From Bispira polyomma (lineage: Eukaryota), in NCBI GenBank assembly GCA_965649765.1, contig OZ287748.1:76260001-76324000 (forward strand): 64,000 bases of DNA, given 5' to 3'. Below are positions 1 through 10,699 of this stretch, piece by piece. The position numbers and the translations under genes are program-made. Below the pieces are notes generated by a model that was given only the letters and a program-made list of their open reading frames with translations, made no database searches and was not told where the DNA came from. Within the stretch, counting starts at the first letter, position 1; each line of letters starts with the position of its first letter.

Positions 1-1353
1 TTTTTTTGCTCCTGGCCAAAATAATTTAAAACTTCTGCAGACATCTGATCGTATCTGCTGTACATCTGATACATTGAAGTGTGTCCATTTTAAGTATTGC
101 CCAACGTTAGCCTGATATATATCTGACACATGGAGACGTAGCTAAACCTCTATTATAGATATCCGGAGTGTGGCATAAACAAAAATCCAGACAACACACA
201 AGTTCTGACCGTACTTTATTGAAGATGTTTAAAAAATGCCAAGATGGCGGAAACTAAAAGAAGTATTTATTTATTGACAATATTATCAAATTAAAATTAA
301 GTTATATAATAAGGCTTTTGACCTTAATAGAAAGCTATCGCTGGGAATTGATGAAAATTTTTCAGTAATAGGTTACAATTACGCACACACACCACAGCTA
401 CTTCCAGCATTCAATAATGGTCTTGTGTATAATTTTATAGACATGGAAGACTGTTGTTCCAACAATTTCCTATTGCAAGGAACTAAAGGAAAATAAAATT
501 ATATTTTTGAGGTGTCAACGGATTGCTAACAGACACATAGGTTGTGGGATTAATGAATGCCGTCGACTGCTAGTGGACAACTTTGAGATCAAAATGTTAA
601 TACCTTAATAGAGGGTCTCTCTAACAAAAATAAAGTTTCTGGTAATAGTTGGTGATTAAATAACAACTCTCCCGTATAACAGAACACCAGTGCTTCTTCC
701 ATTATTCCACATAAAAAAGGGAAAATTAAGTATTCACTCTCAGAAGGACGTTATTTGTACAATTGTGGTTAAAGACTGCTAGATGGCGAATGATTAAGAA
801 TCCCAAATAGGCTTATTTGTCCATTGATATAAAGGCTCTATTGAAATATTATGGTACTACAACATATCCAGACGTCAGTCAGGGAATACCATAAAAACAC
901 AATTTTTAATAGATTATAATTATATCCTTTTCCAAAGTCTTATTGAGTATTAAAATCTTTTTCTTGCGTCTAAAAATTTCTATTTTTTGTCTGATGGCCT
1001 AGTCTGATTTCATCTTTTATATTGTCACAAAAGAATATGTGTATAGAGATACTAATACCCATAAATAAATCAAACTATAATTAAAACAATATGAATGTCT
1101 TAAAATTAGCTTTTCTTCAACACAATAAATTCCATTGAGGGCAGTTCAATCATTTAAATTTGGAAATAAAAAAACTTTGCCAAATCTTTGATTGATGTTC
1201 ACAGTAATAGCTATTTATGCCACACTTATAGAGCAAATCTCTTTTGAATAAATATGACACTAAATATTTACTAAAAACTTTTCAACATTTATAATCACAA
1301 GTTAATCAAATACACAATGAGCAATGACCTTTAGGTGACAATGCAATATTTAA

Positions 1354-1790
1354 ACAGTCCAAGGGAGAGGAAGGAAGACGATGAAAATAAAATAAGGTTT
1401 TTTAGTAAAACATATTTGAAGTTTTTATTTTAAAACACATTACTTGTTACCTTTTCCAATAACTTAACATTCACAGTTTGTTAACTTGTTATACATTTAT
1501 TGTTAAGTTTTGTTTTTGCTAAACATCAATGTTAATCCAACTGCTACACTACTTTAACATTTATTTACATAACATCAATTACATAACAACTATGACATGT
1601 TGTTAATGTTCAAGGTTACAATGGCACATTACGTCATTGTAAACATAGCTTATAATTACATATGTATGACTTACTATAAGACAATTCGTCACTTATGGTG
1701 TTATTTGTTAACCAAAAAAACTAGTAATGACTACTTGGATACCAATAAGTACCATTATGTTGAAATGTAGAGTTAAAGTTTAATAAAAGA
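1354..1790 (-). repeat. E2 terminal repeat B2
   Basis: Aligns with 2219-2548 and continues in 9321-9425 once E1 is removed. Confidence 0.88.
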
Positions 1791-2548
1791 AGGGAACACA
1801 GACGTAAAAGAACTAAAAACCTAAAACAATGGGCATGGAGGGCGGGAAAAACTTATACACCATGTAGTATTTAAAATTTACAACTGCTTTCGTATATCAG
1901 ACAAGCCATTATGTAGATCAAAAGTCACCGCACAGAAAGCCATGTACTTTAACAGCTCAGGACATCAGATATGCCTGTATTTTACTTTTGGCCAATCAGA
2001 AAGTTACACCACCTAGTGAACTTTATAAACCCTAGCTTTTAGTCTACCTTTAAGTTGCTCTTCAACTTTTGGTTGAATTTTTTGTATGTAAATCTTTTTA
2101 ATACTGTCTGGTTACATAAACTGTGGTTTAAGGCCAAATGTCATAAATTTAGAGTTTTACAAACTTCCACCCCAAGACTGACGAGGTGTGCTACTTGTTT
2201 AATTCCGCATCTCCCGAAACAGTTCAAAGGAGAAGAAGGAAGACGAAAATAAAAGTTTTTTAGTAAAACATATTTTGAGCTTTATTATTTTGAAACACAT
2301 AACTTGTTACCCTTTACAATAACTTTGCATTCACAGTTTGTTAACTTCTTATACATTTGTTGTTAAGTTTTGTTTTTGTTAAACATCAACTGCTACACGA
2401 CTTGAACATTTATTTACATAGCATTTAATTACATAATAACTATGACATGTTGTTAGTGTTTAAGGTTACAATAGCACATTATGTCATTGTAAACATAGCT
2501 TATAACTACATACGTATGACTTACTATATAAGTACTAGTATAAGACAA

Positions 2549-2758
2549 TGCTAGGTAAACCCAACGGGGTTAGTAAGTTCAGTGCTGACCATAAATTACA
2601 TTGTTAAAACTATTCTGGTTATGCTGACCTTTACTAGTGATTGGCCAGCAGTTGGCTTACTTTCTCTCACATTTGCCGCCAATTTCTACCCAACCTCACT
2701 TTAATTTAAGAACTTGAAAGGGTAGAACGCCATCTTAAAAACTTTCAAATATTTTTAC
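2549..2758 (+). repeat. E1 repeat A1 (contains CCAAT box and CGCCATCTT YY1-like motif)
   Basis: 210 bp, ~3 mismatches to 7926-8135. Confidence 0.95.
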
Positions 2759-3053
2759 ATTTGTTTTTATATTTTACATAACTCTTTATTTGTGTGTCTT
2801 TTTATGCATCTTTACATAACCGAGTCTTAATATATGTTGTAGTAAGAGGATGAGAGCTTACTGGACTGGAAATTAAAGATTGCTGGCACCTGAAATTGCT
2901 TTGACATATGCGAATTTTGCTCTTTCTTTAGGGCTATAGTTGAGGGATGTGCTTACTTGATTCGAAATTGAATACAATTTATTTACAAATTCAAAACAAC
3001 CTCAACTTAAGATACGCATATACCAAAGCATTTGTGTATATTTTACTTTCAGA

Positions 3054-4118
3054 ATGGCACCTCGGGTGAATCATGATTGTAGGGCGTGCAAAAGTAGTCA
3101 CAAAAAGCCCATTAATGACGATTGTCTATTCATGAAAAAATCTGACACTAATGAACAGAATGACACTACCAGTGCGGCTATTAACTTACGTATTTTAGAA
3201 GAATTAAAAGGTCTAAGTGGCCGCATGTCGGCAATGGAAAAACGTGTTGATCAATCTGAGTGTAGAAACAATCTTGCTAGTGCTCCAGCACATATTGTGG
3301 CCGCTGCTCCTGCAGAATTCTCGACCCCAGCCACGTTTATGCAGCCGACAGTCCAAGGTACGACTCCGGCGGCGACGGCTCAACCAGTACTCCTGCCAGT
3401 TCCAGAGACAGACGATACGCTGGTCCCCACGCTGACTACCCTAAGGACGTCAGACTACTTGCAGCAGGCGGTAGATGCTAGACTGCGCGACCTGGCTGGA
3501 CTCTCTGACAAAGGTAACTGCAAATCTCATCGAGGTTGGGCTGAAACTGTATGGGTAAAACGACAGGTGGCATGGCCACAAAATCATATTCTGGGTGGCA
3601 CAACTAAATCTCGAACAACTTATGACAGCCTTTCGATAGCCCAATGGGTCTCGGGTTTTTGCTCTATCGTTAGAGATGAGAATAATGTAGACACAAAAAA
3701 TGCAATGTTAGATTATGTTCAAGATCTAATGGAAGATTGTCACGACTTTTCGTGGGCAGCTGCAAAAGACAGCCACGCAGTGTTACTCTGTCGTATGGAG
3801 GAAGGTAAAGTTTCGTGGGATGAAACGGCTAAAATTGATCGTATTAGACGTGCTCATGCACAAAAAGTGGTCAACACTTCGGGTCACTCGATTTATCAGA
3901 GTACTAGGCAAAAAGCTAATGAAAAGGGAATTCCCTGTAAATACTTTCAAAAAGGATCCTGTCCCCACAAGACTGAACATGAAACCAAAGGTCAGACGTA
4001 TTTGCACATCTGTGCTACTTGCCTGACCTTTGGGAAAAGCTTCTCACACCCATCTAGAGACTGTCATAGGAACAAAACTAGTAAATTTGGTGAAAGTAGT
4101 GCAAAAAGCGAGTTTTAA
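3054..4118 (+). CDS. E1 Gag-like protein (ORF1)
   Basis: 354 aa. N-terminal CxxCxxxHxxPxxxxC, coiled-coil-like segment, Ala/Pro/Thr linker, C-terminal CKYFQKGSC...H...HICATC...H...C zinc-finger cluster typical of Ngaro-type gag. Confidence 0.88.
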   Translation: MAPRVNHDCRACKSSHKKPINDDCLFMKKSDTNEQNDTTSAAINLRILEELKGLSGRMSAMEKRVDQSECRNNLASAPAHIVAAAPAEFSTPATFMQPTVQGTTPAATAQPVLLPVPETDDTLVPTLTTLRTSDYLQQAVDARLRDLAGLSDKGNCKSHRGWAETVWVKRQVAWPQNHILGGTTKSRTTYDSLSIAQWVSGFCSIVRDENNVDTKNAMLDYVQDLMEDCHDFSWAAAKDSHAVLLCRMEEGKVSWDETAKIDRIRRAHAQKVVNTSGHSIYQSTRQKANEKGIPCKYFQKGSCPHKTEHETKGQTYLHICATCLTFGKSFSHPSRDCHRNKTSKFGESSAKSEF

Positions 4119-4885
4119 AAATTAATAAAAAATATTCTGCTCATATCTCCAGTACACATGTAAATGATCACAAGCAGTATTGTGCTGGTAGAACTGTATA
4201 TAATGTAAATGTTGCCAGATGGTGTAGCGACAATTGGAGAGCTGACTGGGCCAGATTTAGCAAGAAATCATATGCTCAGGTAGTAAAAGGAAATAAAAAC
4301 AATATTCAAAACAAGGTATTAAGCTTAGGTTAAGGTCAGCCCTCGAAAGGTCGCTCAAATGTACAGAAAAAGTTGTTTAAAAATGTAAAAAGAAGAAATG
4401 TAAACAACTGCAAGCAGTGGACAAAGGTTCCACAAACGGAGAACCCAAAGCCAATTGTAAAACGTCAAATACCCCATTCAAATGTAGAGAATAAGGGTCA
4501 AACTGACACCTCTAGTAAAAACAAGGGTGATGTCGACAAGGTAGTCTCTACCAAATAAGTGAGGTGTGAGGTCGTGAACAACAATGGTATTAAGCGTTAG
4601 AATAGATTTACACCCTTGCTAACATGTACTGAGACTGAAGCAATTAGTCACATCAGATTCTCAAGTTCAACAGACGATATCCCAAACAATCAGACTGGGG
4701 ACAAGTATGAACAAGAGTTACAAGTTAAAAGAAAACATAGGGATGTGGTAGCTAAAGCGGAAAACAACCCTTTGTTTCAAAAATGGAACAAGCAAAATAA
4801 ACAGAAATTTGGCTTCATTCCACTGTGAAATTTAAAACTCCCAAATGAGGTTAAGGCAAGTTCACACTCGGGTGATCCTCTTGAG
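4100..4885 (+). pseudogene. E1 pol N-terminal extension, interrupted by four in-frame stops
   Basis: ORFs 4373, 4616 and 4886 share one frame, -1 relative to gag. Motifs KSYAQVVK, NRFTPL and FGFIPL correspond to QSYSDIVK, NKFAVL and YGFTPL in E5. Confidence 0.75.
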
Positions 4886-6508
4886 TTGCACAAGTTAGTG
4901 AGAAAACAAAACTGTCCAAATTTCTTAGGAGCTCAAATAACAGTGGCTTCTCAGCTGCATGTAGAAGAATGGCAAAAACTATTGGGTGACTATTGGGATA
5001 CCCAACTGATCCATTTGCTCAAATTTGGATTTCCCTTAGATTTTAATAGAAATTTTCCCTTAGAAAACAAATGTGACAACCATAGCTCAGCTATTCAGTT
5101 TCAAGAAGACGTTGAAGCTTATCTCAAGGAGGAAAAAAATTTCGGAGCAATAATTGGGCCATTCAAAGAACCCCCTTTATCCGAACTACACGTTTCACCA
5201 TTCATGACTCGGCCTAAACCGGATGCTAAGCATAGAAGAGTTATTATTGACCTAAGTTGCCCACAGGGTCGTGCTGTAAATTCAGCCATAGATAGAGACC
5301 AATATCTTGACACTCCCTTTATACTTACATTACCCACAGTGGATGATATCACACATAATGTAATCAAATTAGGCAGAGGTACACTATTGTACAAGCTAGA
5401 TATCAGTCGCGCCTTTAGGCACGTAAAAATTGATCCAGCCGACTACGACCTGCTAGGCTTGAGATTAAATGAGTACTATATCGATACGTGTCTGCCCTTT
5501 GGCTATCTCCACAGCAGCACCATTTTTCAATGCCTCAGCGACGCTATTCGGTTTATCATGATGTCACAAGGTTATGACGTCATCAATTATATTGACGACG
5601 TCATAGGATATGGAATTTCGGCAAACATTTTCGAAGCTTTTGAGAAATTGAAAGAAATTTTTCATAAATTAGGTTTTGCTCTCAGTAACAAAAAAGTGGT
5701 TGCTCCTAGTACCAAAGTAGTATGCTTAGGCGTCCTCATCAATACTGAAGATTTTACCGTATCTATCCCAGATAGTAAACTAAATGAGATAAAACATATA
5801 TGTCAAAGTTGGACAACTAAGAAAACATGCACCAAACGACAGCTCCAGTCATTACTGGGTTCATTGTTATACATCTCAAAATGTGTCAAAACGTCACGAA
5901 CTTACCTCAATAGAATGTTGGACACCCTCAGAGGTGCTCAAAATGCTCAGAACATTAAGTTAGATATAAATTTTCACCAGGATCTTAACTGGTTTAATAC
6001 CCTTCTTACAACATTCAATGGTATGGCCTTTTTTGACCACAGACCAGTAACAGACCAGGTACATCTGGATGCATGTTTGCAGGGACTGGGTGCATGTTGT
6101 AACAATCAAATTTTTACTAAAGAAATTCCTCTTGGCTATAGAGACTACACTATCGTCCACCTGGAAATGATAAATATTTTAGTATCTATTAGGCTTTGGA
6201 AAAGTAAATGGTTGGGGAAAAAATTACTTATACACTGTGATAACCAAGCAGTTGTGTCTATCTTGAACTCAGGAAAGACTTATGATCTTACTCTCGCAGC
6301 AATGACTAGAAATATTTTCACGGAAGCTGCAAAGGCAGATATAGAAATCAGAACGGTTCATATCCTGGGTAAAAGAAACAATATAGCTGATTTACTTTCT
6401 AGATGGGCCATTACCACTGACAGGGATAGGAAATTACAGGAAATACTTCAGAATCGCACATGGTTACAGGTCCATGATGACCTTTTAGAGATAGATTGGT
6501 CTATATAG
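4886..6508 (+). CDS. E1 reverse transcriptase / RNase H
   Basis: RRVIIDLS, KLDISRAFRH, LPFG and YIDD RT motifs; DAC, HLEMIN, HCDN and NIADLLSR RNase H motifs. Confidence 0.95.
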   Translation: MHKLVRKQNCPNFLGAQITVASQLHVEEWQKLLGDYWDTQLIHLLKFGFPLDFNRNFPLENKCDNHSSAIQFQEDVEAYLKEEKNFGAIIGPFKEPPLSELHVSPFMTRPKPDAKHRRVIIDLSCPQGRAVNSAIDRDQYLDTPFILTLPTVDDITHNVIKLGRGTLLYKLDISRAFRHVKIDPADYDLLGLRLNEYYIDTCLPFGYLHSSTIFQCLSDAIRFIMMSQGYDVINYIDDVIGYGISANIFEAFEKLKEIFHKLGFALSNKKVVAPSTKVVCLGVLINTEDFTVSIPDSKLNEIKHICQSWTTKKTCTKRQLQSLLGSLLYISKCVKTSRTYLNRMLDTLRGAQNAQNIKLDINFHQDLNWFNTLLTTFNGMAFFDHRPVTDQVHLDACLQGLGACCNNQIFTKEIPLGYRDYTIVHLEMINILVSIRLWKSKWLGKKLLIHCDNQAVVSILNSGKTYDLTLAAMTRNIFTEAAKADIEIRTVHILGKRNNIADLLSRWAITTDRDRKLQEILQNRTWLQVHDDLLEIDWSI

Positions 6509-6523
6509 TTCTAACAATTTCAG

Positions 6524-7514
6524 CATCTCCTACCTGGGTCTCAAAATTGGCAGACAGAGCAGTCACTAGAGTGCATCAGGCCTTTCGTCCTTCCACACAA
6601 AAGTCCTACACAGCAATGTTTAGGGTATTTTTAGCATATTGCTGCTTTGCAAATATTTCTATATATAATATCGTTCCTTCAGTAATTCTAGCCTTTCTGG
6701 AGGTCCTAGTAGTTAACAATACCTCTCATACCTCTGTAGCAAACTATCTCTCAGCGATGAAAGCTAATATGTCACTATATGGGCTTCCGGTCACTGCTTT
6801 TGCGGATCAAAGAATTAAGTATTTTCAAAAAGCCCTTGTTTTACACAAACCTTTTAAGGCATAAATAAATGGTATCATTGACGTTGATATGTTGCAGAAA
6901 ATAGCACTGGTTTCTGATTCTATGTATATGGGGCAAGTGTACAAAGCTGCCTATCTATTAGCATTCTTTTCTTTCTTGCGAATCTCGAATCTAGTTCCCC
7001 ATTCTCAAACACATATTCCCCATTGCAGCAACTGGCTAGGGCTGATATCATTTTCGCCCAGCCAGGCGCTCACATCATAATTAAATGGACTAAAACCCTC
7101 CAGTCAAGAAACACCATTAAGGTGATAAAAATACCCACACTGAAAAATAAAATTACTTGTCCAGTGACCGCCTTCAAAGTCCTTCTTGCAATAACACCGG
7201 GTAATAAAAATTCTCCACTATTCCAAGTGAAAAACGACACTCGATGGCTAACATTAACAGACAGCAAAATTCGCAGAAATCTCAAAAATATTTTAGTTAG
7301 ACTAAACAAAGATCAAGCAAATATAACATTTCACACATTCTATCGCTCTGGGGCGACCTTAGCATTTAATGCTCATGTTCCATTACAGGACATACAAAGT
7401 CAAGGCATCTGGTCCTCTGATTGTGTGTGGCGAAATATCACTCAGGACCACTCGGCCTCTGACCAGGTTGCCCTTGCCCTACAATCCCTCCTCAACCCAC
7501 TACCTACTCCCTAG
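6524..7514 (+). pseudogene. E1 tyrosine recombinase, disabled
   Basis: FLRISNL, KWTKT, HTFYRSGA, W..DCVWRN. Stop at 6862-6864, frameshift near 7020, catalytic Tyr replaced by Asn. Confidence 0.9.
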
Positions 7515-7524
7515 TTGGGCCTTG

Positions 7525-7926
7525 GTGGTTATTGTCTCTTTTACTATAATTTAGTGCATATAAAATGTAAATATTTTATCTATTATGGCCTAGGCCAATT
7601 GAAATATGTAATTTTGTTAAGGTTAGCTTAAATTCTGTTAAACTTAAAGTCTCAACAAATATGTAAATTGCTTAAGGTTACCTTAAATTCTGGTAAACTT
7701 AAAGTTAAAATTCAATTTATGGTAACCTTAAATTTAGTCGCTTTGAAGTCACCCTTAAGGTGAACTTAGACTAACCTTAAAGTTCTAACTAAGGTGGCCT
7801 TATATCATATTCTAAATATACATTTTAACCCAGTTAACTATATGTGTAGTGATAGATTAAAAAATATGTATCCCAACTGCTGGTCTCACTCAAGGTCATC
7901 CTCTCAACCTTAGGTCAGGGCACTGT
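7525..7926 (+). repeat. E1 repeat B1
   Basis: Near-identical to 8877-9321; ends GGGCACTGT directly abutting A2. Confidence 0.93.
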
Positions 7927-8135
7927 GCTAGGTAGCCCCAACGGGGTTAGTAAGTTCAGTGCTGACCATAAATTACATTGTTAAAACTATTCTGGTTATG
8001 CTGACCTTTACTAGTGATTGGCCAGCAGTTGGCCTACTTTCTCTCACATTTGCCGCCAATTTCTACCCAACCTCACTTTAATTTAAGAACTTGAAAGGGC
8101 AGAACGCCATCTTAAAAACTTTCAAATATTTTTAC
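7926..8135 (+). repeat. E1 repeat A2
   Basis: Copy of A1. Confidence 0.95.
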
Positions 8136-8876
8136 CCCACCCTCATCCTCAACTACACCTGTAAGGGCTCTTTCTGCGTCGCACCGGGAGCAAGCTTCAA
8201 CAGGAAGGTTTCTGTCTGGTCCACTTTGCACCTCAGGCGCAGGGGCGGTGATGTACCGGGGTCAGGTCTTTGACCAGCAAGCAACATGGCTCTGCTGCAG
8301 GCGTTCATCCCTTGGTTCAGTGTGTTCCTTTCAGGCTCCTTCCTGTTCGTCTCCGCACTTATAATGGAAATTCAATGCTTCCTAGGAAGTTTCTCTTATT
8401 TTAGGAATCAGCCCTTCCAGCCGTGGTTCAACCTTTTCAGCAATTGTATGTCACTATTTTCTTGTCACATGTTGTATTTAAATAAAATTGTTGTCATATA
8501 TATCAGAATTTAGACATGGTGTTAACAGTTGTTTGTGTTAGTTTCAGTGCAAGTCGAAGAGCCTCACAATGTAAAACAAAGTAAATGGTCAAGCAAGCCT
8601 ACCAGCCAAGCAAGCCTCAAGCAATCAAGCAGCATTTACTTGATATTGTAATTGTGAACAATAAATCTTCTGACTACACATATACAAGGTGCAGGACCTA
8701 TACTTGATGTTAAGGGCTGTATTATTCAGCAAAGTAAGGCAGAGTGAGATCATGGGTGCTTTGGACTTTAAAAGACATTCGTTTACATGCATCCTGTTTG
8801 TTATTTTATTAGTTTTTAGTTTTTAGCTAGATAGTGTCTCTGTACCATTTTCTTTTAAATCTTTACTCTTGTTAAT

Positions 8877-9321
8877 GTGGTTATTATCTCTTTTACTATA
8901 ATTTAGTGCATATAAAATATTTTATCTATTATGGCCACCTTTTAGTCAAAACTTTTACTAACCTTAACTAGAGGCATGTAAGGCCTAGGCCAATTGAAAT
9001 ATGTAATTTTGTTAAGGTTAGCTTAAATTCTGTTAAACTTAAAGTCTCAACAAATATGTAAATTGCTTAAGGTTACCTTAAATTCTGGTAAACTTAAAGT
9101 CAAAATTCAATTTATGGTAACCTTTAATTTAGTCGCTTTGAAGTCACCCTTAAGGTGAACTTAGACTAACCTTAAAGTTCTAACTAAGGTGGCCTTATAT
9201 CATATTCTAAATATACATTTTAACCCAGTTAACTATATGTGTAGTGATAGATTAAAAAATATATATCCCAACTGCTGGTCTCACTCAAGGTCATCCTCTC
9301 AACCTTAGGTCAGGGCACTGT
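8877..9321 (+). repeat. E1 terminal repeat B2
   Basis: Copy of B1 with one extra block of ~45-50 bp near 8936-8982. Confidence 0.93.
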
Positions 9322-9449
9322 TACATCACTTATGGTGTTATATGTTAACCAAAAAGCTAGTAAAGACTACTTCGATACTAATAAGTACCATTATGTTGAA
9401 ATGTAGAGTTAAAGTTTAATAAAAAAGAGCAAACCCAAACATGTTATAG

Positions 9450-10411
9450 AGGTAGATCAAACATAGTAATTTTTTAAAAATTGTACGAACCACAGCAGCA
9501 GTCTTAGGGGTAGAACTAAGATACGTCCATACCACCTCACTGCGCCAATCGCCATGTTTTTTAATGTTTTGTAAGTCGATGTTGTTGTCAAAAGCAAAAG
9601 AAGCTCCGCTTCGCCTAAAAGGAAGGAAACCAAAATCTTTGGGTGACAACACAATATTGGTAAGCATTATCTTCAGAAATGACCTAGCTTTAAAGGCAAT
9701 GGAGGGTTAATACTTTGTTTAGTTTTAATCAAAAATAAAGGAGATTCATTTTCAGCTGGAATTGTTTTGATCATATTTCTTAAAGCAGTCACTGGACAAA
9801 GTATATTACCAGGTAAACTTGGCAGCTGTACTATTTGATATCGACTAGACCCAATCATATTCTTGGCACAGGTCATTACCATGTGCACACCTGGGGAACC
9901 CCATATCAAATCCGACCTAGTTGGAAACTGAGTTCTGTCAAATTCTTTAACAGCCGAAGGTACCAGAGAAGTTAGTCGGAAAACCCCCAAAAAGGCACAA
10001 AGAAATAAAGCTCTGAACGTATCAGCAAAAGCAATAATCAGTTTCTTAACCATTGTTACAGAAAGAACTCCTTTCACTTTAGGACACATGGGGCATTTAT
10101 TGTTACAGATTTAGCTACAAGAGTTACTTTTCTTGAGTACAAACAGTCCTTGTGCCACTCGAAGATTCCAAAGAAGTGACCCAGCACAAACAAGTGGTTG
10201 GTGATGGAAGCAACTTTGAGATCATTTTGTATAAGGTACTCTATGAAGCACATAACAGTTCTTGAGCAGTAAGGTATGTAGAATTGTATGAAAACCATGA
10301 AGGAGACAAACAGTCTGAAGGAGGAGTTGTAAGACATCTGTGTACAAGGTCGTAGCACCATAGAAACATGCTAAAGGGCATCACGTTCCAAGATGGCCGC
10401 CATAGTAGATG
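9450..10411 (-). pseudogene. E2 tyrosine recombinase, frameshifted
   Basis: LRPCTQMSY, FLGVFRLTSLVP, LCPVTAL, FRRSGAS and HGDWRSEVVWTY spread over three frames. Confidence 0.88.
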
Positions 10412-10699
10412 CTAAAGTATAAAATTTCACAGCAGTACCATGTTTTTTTCATGGTGCTGACCTATTAGGGTTTGGATATCATTTGTATAAATGTGTTTTT
10501 TAAAAATTTTCAAATTTTTTAAAATTTAATAGTCACGACCCAATTGGGTTACCATAGTATAACATTTTTCAAACTTATAAGTATCTGCTATTTCTAGCCA
10601 TGACCCCTTGGGGTTTCCGTAGAATAGCATTTTATATCAAAAAGTTTGCAATTACCATTTCTTCATTTGTGTTTAACCATTGACAATTTTTAAGTATTT

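Larger units (their letters stand above)
2549..9321 (+). mobile_element. E1: near full-length Ngaro-like (DIRS order) YR retrotransposon with split direct repeats
   Basis: gag, RT/RNase H and YR ORFs in order; A1 2549-2758 = A2 7926-8135; B1 ~7525-7926 = B2 ~8877-9321; no methyltransferase domain after RNase H. Confidence 0.95.

Noticed and set aside
2549-9321. Classification as LTR retrotransposon, DIRS1 or PAT
   Set aside because: No integrase, protease or TSD; repeats are split direct rather than inverted; no methyltransferase domain.
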